NCBI GenBank assembly: GCA_964413645.1
Contig: CAYPSA010000008.1
Span: 1 to 43,864, forward strand
Reading direction: 5' to 3'
DNA from: an uncultured Gammaproteobacteria bacterium
Lineage (GTDB): Bacteria; Patescibacteriota; Microgenomatia; UBA1406; HO2-37-13b
Length of the DNA stretch: 43,864 nt
Translations under genes and position numbers: made by a program
The notes under the pieces: model-generated
Databases searched by the model: none
Told to the model about the DNA's origin: nothing
What the model saw: the letters and a program-made list of their open reading frames with translations, nothing else
Shown: piece after piece, positions 1-8,952 of the stretch
Position numbering within the stretch: the stretch's first letter is position 1
Layout: every line of letters starts with the position of its first letter

Positions 1-54
1 GATTGTTGTACCAACCTATTTCTGAAGAAAAACAACCATTTTTGTTACGCTACT
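1..54 (-). repeat. Copy 1 of a 54-55 bp repeat, probably the end of a multi-copy element at which the contig breaks
   Basis: 1-54 is the exact reverse complement of 43810-43863. Confidence 0.95.
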
Positions 55-77
55 ATAATCTTTTGGGGTCATATATG

Positions 78-150
78 AGATGCGGGGAGGAATTGAACCT
101 CCGTCTCCCCACCTTCACGGCGAGGCGCCTGACCACTCGACAACCGCATC
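78..150 (-). tRNA. Atypical tRNA-like gene (nominal anticodon GUG/His, non-canonical anticodon arm)
   Basis: Minus strand: acceptor GATGCGG/CCGCATC, T arm GGAGG-TTCAATT-CCTCC, D loop AGTGGTCA, TATACT 6 nt upstream; no U33 and anticodon stem mispaired in the canonical register. Confidence 0.7.
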
Positions 151-219
151 GAGATTAGTATACCAGATTTTATCGATTCTCCTTGATATTTCCTCTGCAA
201 CACCCTATATTGTATAGTA

Positions 220-882
220 ATGAGAAAGCCGATTTCAAAAACCCAATCAATGCTTAACGTGTGGGCAATTGTGCTCATTATGTGGAGTGTGTATCGAGCT
301 AAATTTCAGCTTCCCGAAATTATTGATGAACTAATTGCAAAACCACTCGTTTTCGTACTTCCCGTATATTGGTATATCAAAAATACTGAAAAAAAGGATT
401 TTGCTCCTGCCGTATGGCTTACCAGTGCAAAATTATCGGGCAATATTTACCTTTCACTCGTAATTGGGGCAATTTTTGCACTTTCAGCACTCCTGGCAAA
501 TTATGCCGAACATAGCACATTTTCATTTGGTCAAACGTTACTAAGTAATAACGGGCAAAATTTAATCATGGTAATGACTATTGCACTTTTTACCGCGTTC
601 AGCGAGGAAATTATTTCGCGCGGTTTTGTACTAAAGCGATTATATGAAGAATCTCACAACGCATATACTTCATCTTTTTTAGCAAGCGTACTTTTTTTAA
701 TCTTGCACATTCCCATCCTTCTTACCAATCTTAAACTTAGTGGATCCGTATTAATTTGGTTTATGACAACCGACTTTATTTTAAGTCTTATCATATCATT
801 CGTATTTCTCAGTCGACGAAGTCTCGTTGCTCCGATTCTCATCCATGCACTCTATAACTTGTCTATAATTCTGTACATATGA
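220..882 (+). CDS. CPBP family intramembrane glutamic endopeptidase (Abi/CAAX-protease-like)
   Basis: Multi-TM; motifs SEEIISRG, F.ILH, LIHALYN. Confidence 0.85.
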   Translation: MRKPISKTQSMLNVWAIVLIMWSVYRAKFQLPEIIDELIAKPLVFVLPVYWYIKNTEKKDFAPAVWLTSAKLSGNIYLSLVIGAIFALSALLANYAEHSTFSFGQTLLSNNGQNLIMVMTIALFTAFSEEIISRGFVLKRLYEESHNAYTSSFLASVLFLILHIPILLTNLKLSGSVLIWFMTTDFILSLIISFVFLSRRSLVAPILIHALYNLSIILYI

Positions 883-1367
883 TTACCTGCACATTTGAAG
901 ACGGCGGCACCGGACTTTTACGTCATGTCACCGTAAATGCAATACTAATAAAAGACGGAAAAATCCTATTAGGAAAACGTGGAAGCGTTCGAGGAAAACC
1001 CATGCTTGAATATGGAAAATGGGGACTCATTGGTGGATACATTGGTCGCGATGAAAATTTAGAACAAGCATTAGCTCGTGAAATTGATGAAGAAACAAAA
1101 TGCGTTGCGGGTGAAATGACACTGTTTCACATTAAAGACAATCCAGATCGCCCCAAAGAGGATCGACAGATTATTGAATTTGTATATATAGTAAATACCA
1201 ATTCTGATTTTACCGCTGGCGATGAAGAGGTTACTCACTTGGAGTGGTTTGCAGTCGATCAATTACCGCCTATAGAAGATATGGCCTTCGATCATGGAGA
1301 CGATTTAATTTTGTATAAAAAATATCTTTCCGAACCCTTTCCCCTACCATTTGTTGGAAAAATCTAA
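879..1367 (+). CDS. NUDIX hydrolase
   Basis: Nudix box GGYIGRDENLEQALAREIDEETK; ATGA overlap with upstream gene. Confidence 0.9.
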   Translation: MITCTFEDGGTGLLRHVTVNAILIKDGKILLGKRGSVRGKPMLEYGKWGLIGGYIGRDENLEQALAREIDEETKCVAGEMTLFHIKDNPDRPKEDRQIIEFVYIVNTNSDFTAGDEEVTHLEWFAVDQLPPIEDMAFDHGDDLILYKKYLSEPFPLPFVGKI

Positions 1368-1390
1368 TTACGAGCCCCCGGAGCTCGTAA
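1368..1390. repeat. REP-like palindrome family B (TTACGAGCCCCCGGAGCTCGTAA), between convergent genes
   Basis: Identical copy at 12668-12690, near-identical inverted copy at 2428-2450. Confidence 0.85.
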
Positions 1391-1433
1391 AACGGAACTC
1401 GTAAAAGGATTAACTGTTCAACTTATTTGAACA

Positions 1434-3071
1434 TTACGGTTCGTATATATAAAACATCTCTTCCGTTCCAGCAGTTATCTTTTGAATTTTTGACATATCT
1501 ATATTTTCCTTATTATTAAAATGTTCCGGATACCCAATGTATGAAATTCCTGCTTGCGGATGATCTACGTTAAATTGAAAATCATACTTATCAAATTCCC
1601 ACACCTGTCCAAATCCATATTCATCAGGTGGCGACAGTTTTGCCTGTCTCTGATATTGTTCTGGTGGATATTTTGAATAAAATAACATAAAAATGTATGG
1701 CTCTCCGTTTCGAGTAGTAATATTGAATTTTTCAAATTTGTCGTAATTCGTATTTACGTATTGGGCCAGCTCCTTGTATCCACATTGCCATGAACGAGAT
1801 GTAACTGCTTTATATGGATAATGGAAAAAGTAAAAATCCCAAGTCATGTAATTAAAGAATCCAAATGCAGAAAAAAGGAGTAAAGCCGCCCAGATTCTAT
1901 AACGGTGAGTAAAGGAACTTACGAGTGAAACCGCGCCATATGACGCTATTATCAGCAAGGGAACCACCATAAATATTGATCGTGTTGCTGAATACTCAAA
2001 AAACGATAATGAAGCAGCTACGGGTGCAATGAGGAGTAAAAAGAGCAAAAAAGGGGCATTTTTCGGTCTCTTTTTTATCAGGAAATATATTCCAACAAAG
2101 ACTAATGCGTATTCCGCCAGAGTGATAAGCGATATTCCCGGATGTCCAAAACGATAATTCGTATCGCCGTGAATTACTAAAAATTCTGGTGAAAAATATT
2201 TGATATATTCATGAGGTAAATCAAGAGCTGCTTGGGTAACGGGGTTATATAAAATCGGCAAATCTTTTTCAATAAGCTTCTGTTTAATTGAAAGCTTAAA
2301 TCCCCCGTCATTAAAAAAAATCAGATTCTTGAGACGTGTTGGATTATATAAAACATCGGTAAATGAAAATAAAATGAGTGGTAATGCAGCGATTGCAAAA
2401 AGCAGTCCTATGCGAGTGTACAGAGTTTTACGAGCTCCGGGGGCTCGGAATCTAACTCTCATCATAAGCGTAACACCCAAAAACACCACCATTCCCGCAA
2501 CAATCGGACGACTTAAATGATACGCGAATAAACTCATAAATGAGGTAGCTGCAAACCAATATACATATTTATTTTCGTTGTTTTTCAAAAATTTCAGAAG
2601 AAATGTAGCGCTTATCACCAATAAAAACACAGCAAGTGGCGCTTCATGAGCATGTCGCGCAGTTATTTGAATCCATGGAGAAACCGCAGTTAGAAAGGCT
2701 GCTAAAAGCGAAATTCGCTCATCTTCAAATAATTCTTTCGTTAAGAAATACACTGCAAGTGGAAACAGAATTCCAATAAGCATTGCAAGTGCCCGTGTTG
2801 ATGTTTCTGTAAGTCCCATTGCACCAATAAAGGGGACTGAAAGATATGAATATAAGGGGAGTTTATAATCTCCGAATGACTTGAGTCGTAATGGAAGCAT
2901 TACCCCATACTCATCTTTTCCAGTTTTAAGAAGACTATACGCGTTGTATCCAAATGCAGCTTCATCAGCATTTAAACACACGGGGAGCGATTTTACTTTT
3001 ACTACATGTAAAAGTACCGTTAAAAGAATTATTCCAAGTAATAGTAATTTCGTTTTCATACAAAAATTCAA
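1434..3071 (-). CDS. GT-C fold glycosyltransferase (ArnT/PMT-like)
   Basis: NADEAAFGYNAYSLLKTGKDEYG first-loop motif, many TM helices, soluble C-terminal domain. Confidence 0.8.
   Translation of the reverse strand: MNFCMKTKLLLLGIILLTVLLHVVKVKSLPVCLNADEAAFGYNAYSLLKTGKDEYGVMLPLRLKSFGDYKLPLYSYLSVPFIGAMGLTETSTRALAMLIGILFPLAVYFLTKELFEDERISLLAAFLTAVSPWIQITARHAHEAPLAVFLLVISATFLLKFLKNNENKYVYWFAATSFMSLFAYHLSRPIVAGMVVFLGVTLMMRVRFRAPGARKTLYTRIGLLFAIAALPLILFSFTDVLYNPTRLKNLIFFNDGGFKLSIKQKLIEKDLPILYNPVTQAALDLPHEYIKYFSPEFLVIHGDTNYRFGHPGISLITLAEYALVFVGIYFLIKKRPKNAPFLLFLLLIAPVAASLSFFEYSATRSIFMVVPLLIIASYGAVSLVSSFTHRYRIWAALLLFSAFGFFNYMTWDFYFFHYPYKAVTSRSWQCGYKELAQYVNTNYDKFEKFNITTRNGEPYIFMLFYSKYPPEQYQRQAKLSPPDEYGFGQVWEFDKYDFQFNVDHPQAGISYIGYPEHFNNKENIDMSKIQKITAGTEEMFYIYEP
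2428..2450. repeat. REP-like family B copy within the GT-C coding sequence
   Basis: TTACGAGCTCCGGGGGCTCGGAA, translated as FRAPGARK in the host protein. Confidence 0.8.
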
Positions 3072-3083
3072 CCTCTTAGGTTG
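3069..3083. repeat. REP-like palindrome family C (CAACCT-nnn-AGGTTG)
   Basis: Copies at 3069, 34340, 34367 (loop CTT) and 38422 (loop GGA). Confidence 0.7.
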
Positions 3084-3090
3084 AACGTGC

Positions 3091-3921
3091 CTAGCTCAGC
3101 CCGCAGGTTGCCGCCACGGCCTTAAAAAATCCTTTCACCAAATTCCAATTTCCGGTCATTATAGATTTTACCAATACAAATGGCAACTGGAGTATGTGAG
3201 AAGGTTTCTGTGAACCGCTCGCATTTTTCCATGTACATAAAAACTGGTTCCTATACGAAATCACTTCTCGAAAATCATCCTTATAATATTTTCCAATTGT
3301 GGAAGCATGATGATGCTCTACCAAAATCCCCGGATCAAAAATCACTTCCCATCCGTGTTTCTTTGCCCTTAAAGAGAGATCGACATCTTCCCAGTAAAAA
3401 GGGGAATATGCACTATCAAATCCGTTAAGCTTTACAAAATACTCTTTGCGAATAATACACGTCCCGCCCTCCGCCCAACCGGTTGGTCCCGGCATAAGGT
3501 CGCATGCTTGCTCATGCATAATAAATCCATTCTTAAAAAACACGTTATTTTTTCCTACCGTTTGTCCATCTTCTTCAATCTGAGCAAAACTTACTGCGAA
3601 TAATTTTTCACTTTCCTCAAAACGCTTTACGGCTTTTTTATACGAATCGTCTTTTAAAAACACATCTGAATTTAACAAAAACAATAGGTCACCTGAGGCT
3701 TCTTTTGCTCCTCGATTAACAGAAAGCGCAAACCCCATATTTTTTTCATTAACCACCAACTTTACATCGGTGTATTTTTCAAATATATCATCAATAGATT
3801 CTTCTGGAAAATCATTTACTACAATAATTTCACACCCTTTAAGATGCTTATAATTATTTTCAAAACTTTTTTTCAAAAGTTCTTTATTTTTATAAACGGG
3901 AATGATTACTGAAATTTTCAT
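3091..3921 (-). CDS. GT2 glycosyltransferase (WbbL/RfbF-like); start moved from 3975 to MKISVII
   Basis: ISVIIPVY, IIVVND, NMGFALSVNRG, LNSD, YWEDVDL; the upstream ORF extension is repeat-derived. Confidence 0.88.
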   Translation of the reverse strand: MKISVIIPVYKNKELLKKSFENNYKHLKGCEIIVVNDFPEESIDDIFEKYTDVKLVVNEKNMGFALSVNRGAKEASGDLLFLLNSDVFLKDDSYKKAVKRFEESEKLFAVSFAQIEEDGQTVGKNNVFFKNGFIMHEQACDLMPGPTGWAEGGTCIIRKEYFVKLNGFDSAYSPFYWEDVDLSLRAKKHGWEVIFDPGILVEHHHASTIGKYYKDDFREVISYRNQFLCTWKNASGSQKPSHILQLPFVLVKSIMTGNWNLVKGFFKAVAATCGLS

Positions 3922-3926
3922 ATGCA

Positions 3927-3973
3927 TGTCATCCTGAATTATTAATGTCATCCCGAATTTATTTCGGGATCTC
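3927..3973 (+). repeat. REP-like family A (TGTCA...GATCT): truncated plus full unit
   Basis: TGTCATCCTGAAT followed by TGTCATCCCGAATTTATTTCGGGATCTC hairpin. Confidence 0.75.
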
Positions 3974-3975
3974 AA

Positions 3976-5043
3976 TCACAACTTAAAATATTCTTCGACT
4001 TTTCTTTTAAATACGCCACTAGAAAAGTTTTTCTCTCCATACTCCTTGCCCGCAGCAGATACCCCTTGCAGAGCAAGGCTTGCAGAGTTCACTTCCGCTG
4101 TCCTGCTAATTAACTCTTCAATCGTATCATACAAAAATCCTGTTTTTCCATTTTCAATTGTTTCTTTGGGTCCACCTGAATTATGTGCAAATGTTATACA
4201 TCCAGAAATCATCGCTTCAAGCACCGACATTCCCAAATGCTCTGTTGCTTCCGGATGCTCTGTCAAGTCCGCACCCAACCCGGCAGCATGCCAATAAAAT
4301 AGGGAAGTCTTGTAATGCTGTAACCATTCTGAATATGAAGCGTTTTTTACCAAAACAATATTCTTGTTTTTCTGAGCCAATAATTTCACTTCTTCAAAAT
4401 ATTCTTCATCTTCTTTTTTTACTGACCCCACTAGTACTAATTTAAAATCCGCAAATTCTGAGTGACGTGATTGCAGAGAGTTAAACGCCTCAACTAATAA
4501 ATGCTGATTTTTTGCATGCAAATGTCTAAAAAATCTTCCGACTGAAAGAATAACTTTTTCCTTTTTTTCAATGGGGGAGTACGAATCGAAAATTGCATCT
4601 TCAATAAATGGGTGCAGAACTCCCGTCTTCTTCCCTACCCATTTGGAAATGTAACCGGCAGTGAATTCTGAATTTGCAAAAAAGTCCCACCCTCTCCACT
4701 TTACTTTATTTAATAGAGACCTCGCATAAAGTGATTTTTGTGGATACATGCAAAACACATAATTCTTTTTAGCTTTTGGAATAAAATAACTTCCATCGGT
4801 TACATAGAGCAATACATCATACCCTTCCCCTTTTCGCGCTGCTTTTTCAACGGTAAAAGAATTTACGTCGATCTTTAGTTTGTCAGAAAGATGTGAGAGG
4901 ATTGCATTATCATGCCAAAACAGTGCAACCGCGTATCCATGTTCTTCAAATACTTTTCCTATTGAAAGGATATGCTTCTCTCCTCCTCCAAAAACATCTA
5001 AATAAGGATCAACGATGAGAATTTTTTTCATGATACTTTTCAT
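3976..5043 (-). CDS. GT4 glycosyltransferase
   Basis: N-terminal DPYLDVFGGGEK; C-terminal EHLGMSVLEAMISG and HNSGGPKETI. Confidence 0.9.
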   Translation of the reverse strand: MKSIMKKILIVDPYLDVFGGGEKHILSIGKVFEEHGYAVALFWHDNAILSHLSDKLKIDVNSFTVEKAARKGEGYDVLLYVTDGSYFIPKAKKNYVFCMYPQKSLYARSLLNKVKWRGWDFFANSEFTAGYISKWVGKKTGVLHPFIEDAIFDSYSPIEKKEKVILSVGRFFRHLHAKNQHLLVEAFNSLQSRHSEFADFKLVLVGSVKKEDEEYFEEVKLLAQKNKNIVLVKNASYSEWLQHYKTSLFYWHAAGLGADLTEHPEATEHLGMSVLEAMISGCITFAHNSGGPKETIENGKTGFLYDTIEELISRTAEVNSASLALQGVSAAGKEYGEKNFSSGVFKRKVEEYFKL

Positions 5044-5869
5044 ACAAAAATAAATAGGTTATTGTTTTTGAAAATGCCTGATAAATCGATTCAATAATTC
5101 CAAGTGTTCCATCTCTATAACCTTGCCACTTGAATAAACGGCGGTATAATTCTCCTAAAAACTTTCTAAAAAATGTAGAAGTCGACACAGGCTTATACGC
5201 TTTAAATAACAGATCAGATTCAATATCTTCGTATACAATTGTTTTTGCAACCATCGTTTCCAAATTCTTGTGGAAATAATGGAGCAATGGCTCTTTGAGT
5301 AATCCCGCTTCGCCTTCAATAATAGGAGTCGAGTGAATCGCTTGTGGCCACTCTTTAAATGCGCTTTTTTTAATTAATCTTGTTTGATAATCAGTTGTTG
5401 AATTCCAACCACCATGCTGCAACCACTTTTTCCCCGCAAAAATATTTTTACGTCGAAGCTTGTAATGAGTAATGTCGCTTGCCTTGAGTGCAGTCGAAGG
5501 GTCACCCTGAGCAACACCTTTGTCATTCTGAGCGGAGCGAAGAATCTCGGACCTGTCACCCTGAGCAGAGCGAAGGGTCTCAGCTATCTCCTCCGCCAAC
5601 TTTTCTGTTATCCGTTCGTCTACATCTAATAAAAACACCCATTCTGTTTTTACTTTTTCAACTCCAAAATTTCGTGCAGGCTCTACGTAGCGTGAATAAG
5701 GAAATGAAAGTACGACAACCTTTTCTTTTTTAGCCAAAGCGACCGTTTTGTCCGTACTCTCAGTATCCACAACTAGAATCTCGTCAGATAGTAGACGCGC
5801 ACTTTTTATACATTCAACAATCTCCTCTTGCTCGTTATATGCTTGAATTAATACGGTTATTTTGTTCAT
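5009..5869 (-). CDS. GT2 glycosyltransferase (WaaE/LgtF-like) with an in-frame repeat insertion
   Basis: VVDTESTDKT, ARNFG, LDVDER, RKNIF.GKKW..HGGW..DYQTRL. Confidence 0.88.
   Translation of the reverse strand: MNKITVLIQAYNEQEEIVECIKSARLLSDEILVVDTESTDKTVALAKKEKVVVLSFPYSRYVEPARNFGVEKVKTEWVFLLDVDERITEKLAEEIAETLRSAQGDRSEILRSAQNDKGVAQGDPSTALKASDITHYKLRRKNIFAGKKWLQHGGWNSTTDYQTRLIKKSAFKEWPQAIHSTPIIEGEAGLLKEPLLHYFHKNLETMVAKTIVYEDIESDLLFKAYKPVSTSTFFRKFLGELYRRLFKWQGYRDGTLGIIESIYQAFSKTITYLFLYEKYHEKNSHR
5484..5581 (+). repeat. REP-like family A tandem cluster inserted in frame in a GT2
   Basis: TGTCATTCTGAGCGGAGCGAAGAATCTC (5521-5548), TGTCACCCTGAGCAGAGCGAAGGGTCTC (5554-5581), plus a degenerate unit. 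Confidence 0.85.
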
Positions 5870-5918
5870 ACAATCTCATTGATAATGTCGCTATCTGTTA
5901 GTATTATAATACTATTAC

Positions 5919-7463
5919 ATGAACAAAATACGAAACAAAGCGCAAATTGGCACCTTTCTTTCTATTTGTCTCATTATCTTCGGAATAATTCTAAGCGCCT
6001 GGTTTTTTCTATTTAACGACCTTGTTTTTCATACCGATGTAGCACGTGATTTCCTATTATTCGAAAACATTGTGCATGAAAAACCGTTCACATTAATTGG
6101 GCCACGTGCCGGAGGAATTCCAGGCGTCTTTCACGGTCCATTGTGGCTATATGTCAATATCCCCGCATTCATTATTGGTCAAGGAAACCCGGTCGTAGTT
6201 GGATGGGGCTGGCTCATATTTTTTATCGGAAGTATTTATGGTATGTGGTATGTTTCAAAAAAACTTTTCGGGCATGAAGTTGCTTTACTTAGTACTGTTC
6301 TTTATACTTTTGTTACGGCCGGTTTGGTAAAAGCTTCATTCAATCCATCTGGCGCTGTCTACTTGAGTCCTCTGTTTTTTTATTTTCTATACCTCTATCT
6401 TAAAGAGTCAAATAAATTTCACCTGGCACTAACATACTTTATCCTGGGTCTTATTATTCAATTTCAGATGGCATTTGGAGTTCCTATTGGACTTATTACG
6501 ACCGCAATTGTACTTTTCCACATTGTAAAGAGAAAGGAATTCATACATATATTTTTCATGAGTACCATTTTGATCCCACTTTCATCGTACATATTATTCG
6601 AATTGAAACATGACTTTTTGCAAATTCGTTCAGTATTGAATTTTCTTACCGGAGTTGAAAACGCAGGAAAAGTCCATACTACAACTTCAAAGTTTTTAAT
6701 CGACAGATTTCAAGGATTTACCCGCAGTGGCATATCATTTATAGGACATAACATACCAATCCTTATCCTTGCAACGTGGTCAACAATAATTGCTGGCTTA
6801 ATCAGTAGAAAAAAATCAACAAACGACAAGCTTATTTACTTCCTTATTATCAGTCTGTATTTGGGTTTCTGGGCATCCACACTCGTGTTTAAGGGTGTTA
6901 TTTGGAGCTACTATTACTGGCCACTTACACCGTTACTAATTATATTCATCGCCTCAACATATAAATATATTGACAAACGAATTTTCTTCGTAGCTTACGC
7001 TCTACTTCTTGGCTTCAATATTTTCAATGTTACAAAAGAAATTTACCAAGCCTCATCGTATATAGGAACCGGAAGAACTGGCGGAACGTGGCAATATTAT
7101 TACAAACCCGCACAAGATATTTTTGCATCGGCACCATCAGAATTTGGCTATTTTATTTATACGGCTGATCAATTTGGCTATTCGTCTCGCTATGCAATGA
7201 ACTACGCCCAAAAGGCAAATGAAAACAAAATTGCCAGACCTTTCCAAAAGAGTGGAAAAACATACCTTCTAACATTCCCTGCACATGACCATCCATACAC
7301 AAATGAAAAATGGTGGAAAGCAGGTCAGGTAAAAATCGACCGTAAACCAAATAAAGTATTCAAATACGATAGAAACTTTTATATTGAAGAGTACGATCTT
7401 ACAGAAGAAGAAGTTCAAGTTACTCCTGATCCAAATTTACTACACACAATTATTTTTCGCTAG
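5919..7463 (+). CDS. GT-C fold glycosyltransferase (ArnT-like, DxxRD..GP subfamily)
   Basis: FHTDVARD, TLIGP, FHGPLWLY; multi-TM. Confidence 0.75.
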   Translation: MNKIRNKAQIGTFLSICLIIFGIILSAWFFLFNDLVFHTDVARDFLLFENIVHEKPFTLIGPRAGGIPGVFHGPLWLYVNIPAFIIGQGNPVVVGWGWLIFFIGSIYGMWYVSKKLFGHEVALLSTVLYTFVTAGLVKASFNPSGAVYLSPLFFYFLYLYLKESNKFHLALTYFILGLIIQFQMAFGVPIGLITTAIVLFHIVKRKEFIHIFFMSTILIPLSSYILFELKHDFLQIRSVLNFLTGVENAGKVHTTTSKFLIDRFQGFTRSGISFIGHNIPILILATWSTIIAGLISRKKSTNDKLIYFLIISLYLGFWASTLVFKGVIWSYYYWPLTPLLIIFIASTYKYIDKRIFFVAYALLLGFNIFNVTKEIYQASSYIGTGRTGGTWQYYYKPAQDIFASAPSEFGYFIYTADQFGYSSRYAMNYAQKANENKIARPFQKSGKTYLLTFPAHDHPYTNEKWWKAGQVKIDRKPNKVFKYDRNFYIEEYDLTEEEVQVTPDPNLLHTIIFR

Positions 7464-8952
7464 TTTTCTGCCATTGTTCAATTGTGGTTTTATTGGGCAT
7501 TTCATATCGTGAAACCATTGTGAATCCTTCAGGAATATTACTCTTTCTCCATTCTTCTACTCGAAAGCTATATTCATCATGATCGATAATCATAATACAA
7601 GAATCATTCACAAAATTATCAAGAGGTACTTTATATCCGCTTAAATTACTGTAGTGAAATAAATAATTATATGTATGGGGAACAACGGGCGGCGTGTAAA
7701 TGCGCGCACAAAAATCTTCTTTTCCCACTATTGAATATACTTTCTGAGCAGTTGCAACATCAACTCGTAGACCAACTTGTGGTACCCGATTATTATTGAA
7801 TTCATAATGCACTTTTGCTCCAACTAATATCACATAAAAAATAATCATTCCCATAATAAGCCTCTTCGATTTTTCAAGATTTAGAGTATGTAGTAAAAGT
7901 AGCATTGGAAAAAATAGTAAGTACTGAATTCCTTCCAAATAATAATCCCAGAAAAAATTGTTTCGGTACATGAGTGAGAATAAAAAGATAAGGGCGATCA
8001 TACTTACAAAGAATCTAAATATTCTTTGATTAAATGAAGACAATGTTTTGAATCTACAAATCAAAAGTGAAAGCATTATCAATATCACCCCAAAAACTAA
8101 TAAGTTATTATTCTCATAAAAGATTTCCTTAAAATAACTTAAAAATAAAAGTGCCCGATCATGAGCAATCCCTCCGAAATTCTGTGTATGTGTTTTTGAC
8201 GGATTATTAAAAAATGCAATAATCCCTTTTATTTGTGAAAAATTATGTTTGATTTCAAAAAGAATTCTGAAAGTAAAAGGCAGTATAAGACCTGAAAGTA
8301 GCGCGAAGATTGAGCTTCGACTACGATACAATTTTCTCAATTCTGCAAACAATAAACTTGCTACAAAAAATGATGGAATAATAAATATTCCAAATGGCAT
8401 TTCTGACTCAAAAATTAAACTCAAAGAAAGAGCGGTTAAAAATACAAATTTGGTTTTCCCGGTTTTAAACAACTCATAGGCACTATAAATAAAGAGCAGA
8501 ACAAACGGCGGGGCTAGAATATTGTTCCCGGCAAAAATAGAGATTCCCACAAAATATGGCGATACAGCTACAACTAGCAAAAAGAGAATAGCAATATAAT
8601 TTCCAAATTCCCGCTTCAAGAAAGCTGTAAATAAAATTGTAGTAATAAGTGTCATAATCAGCACTCCCCAATAAAATCCACTTGGGCTTCCTCCAAACAC
8701 CGCATAATTACCCGCCAAAAAGTAATACCACCAGACTCCATGATTCACCCCCGCGATTCCCGTAGTTGGCCCTATGAATGTAGGGTTTTTAAATCGAACA
8801 ATTTCTTCAGCCTTTAAAAAGTCTCTCCCCTGATCATACGTATACGGTACCGTTTGATAATAGATTGGCTTTGCTCTAAAATAAACAAACAGAAGGAACA
8901 AAATTATGTACGGCAACCACACTTTCAAGCAATGAAGTTTATAATTAGTCAT
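7450..8952 (-). CDS. GT-C fold glycosyltransferase (ArnT-like, DQGRD subfamily)
   Basis: YTYDQGRD, TFIGP, HGVWWYY; multi-TM. Confidence 0.75.
   Translation of the reverse strand: MTNYKLHCLKVWLPYIILFLLFVYFRAKPIYYQTVPYTYDQGRDFLKAEEIVRFKNPTFIGPTTGIAGVNHGVWWYYFLAGNYAVFGGSPSGFYWGVLIMTLITTILFTAFLKREFGNYIAILFLLVVAVSPYFVGISIFAGNNILAPPFVLLFIYSAYELFKTGKTKFVFLTALSLSLIFESEMPFGIFIIPSFFVASLLFAELRKLYRSRSSIFALLSGLILPFTFRILFEIKHNFSQIKGIIAFFNNPSKTHTQNFGGIAHDRALLFLSYFKEIFYENNNLLVFGVILIMLSLLICRFKTLSSFNQRIFRFFVSMIALIFLFSLMYRNNFFWDYYLEGIQYLLFFPMLLLLHTLNLEKSKRLIMGMIIFYVILVGAKVHYEFNNNRVPQVGLRVDVATAQKVYSIVGKEDFCARIYTPPVVPHTYNYLFHYSNLSGYKVPLDNFVNDSCIMIIDHDEYSFRVEEWRKSNIPEGFTMVSRYEMPNKTTIEQWQKTSEK

Noticed and set aside
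3922-3975. N-terminal extension MRSRNKFGMTLIIQDD of the GT2
   Set aside because: It is the translation of a REP-like repeat; GT2 homology begins at MKISVII.
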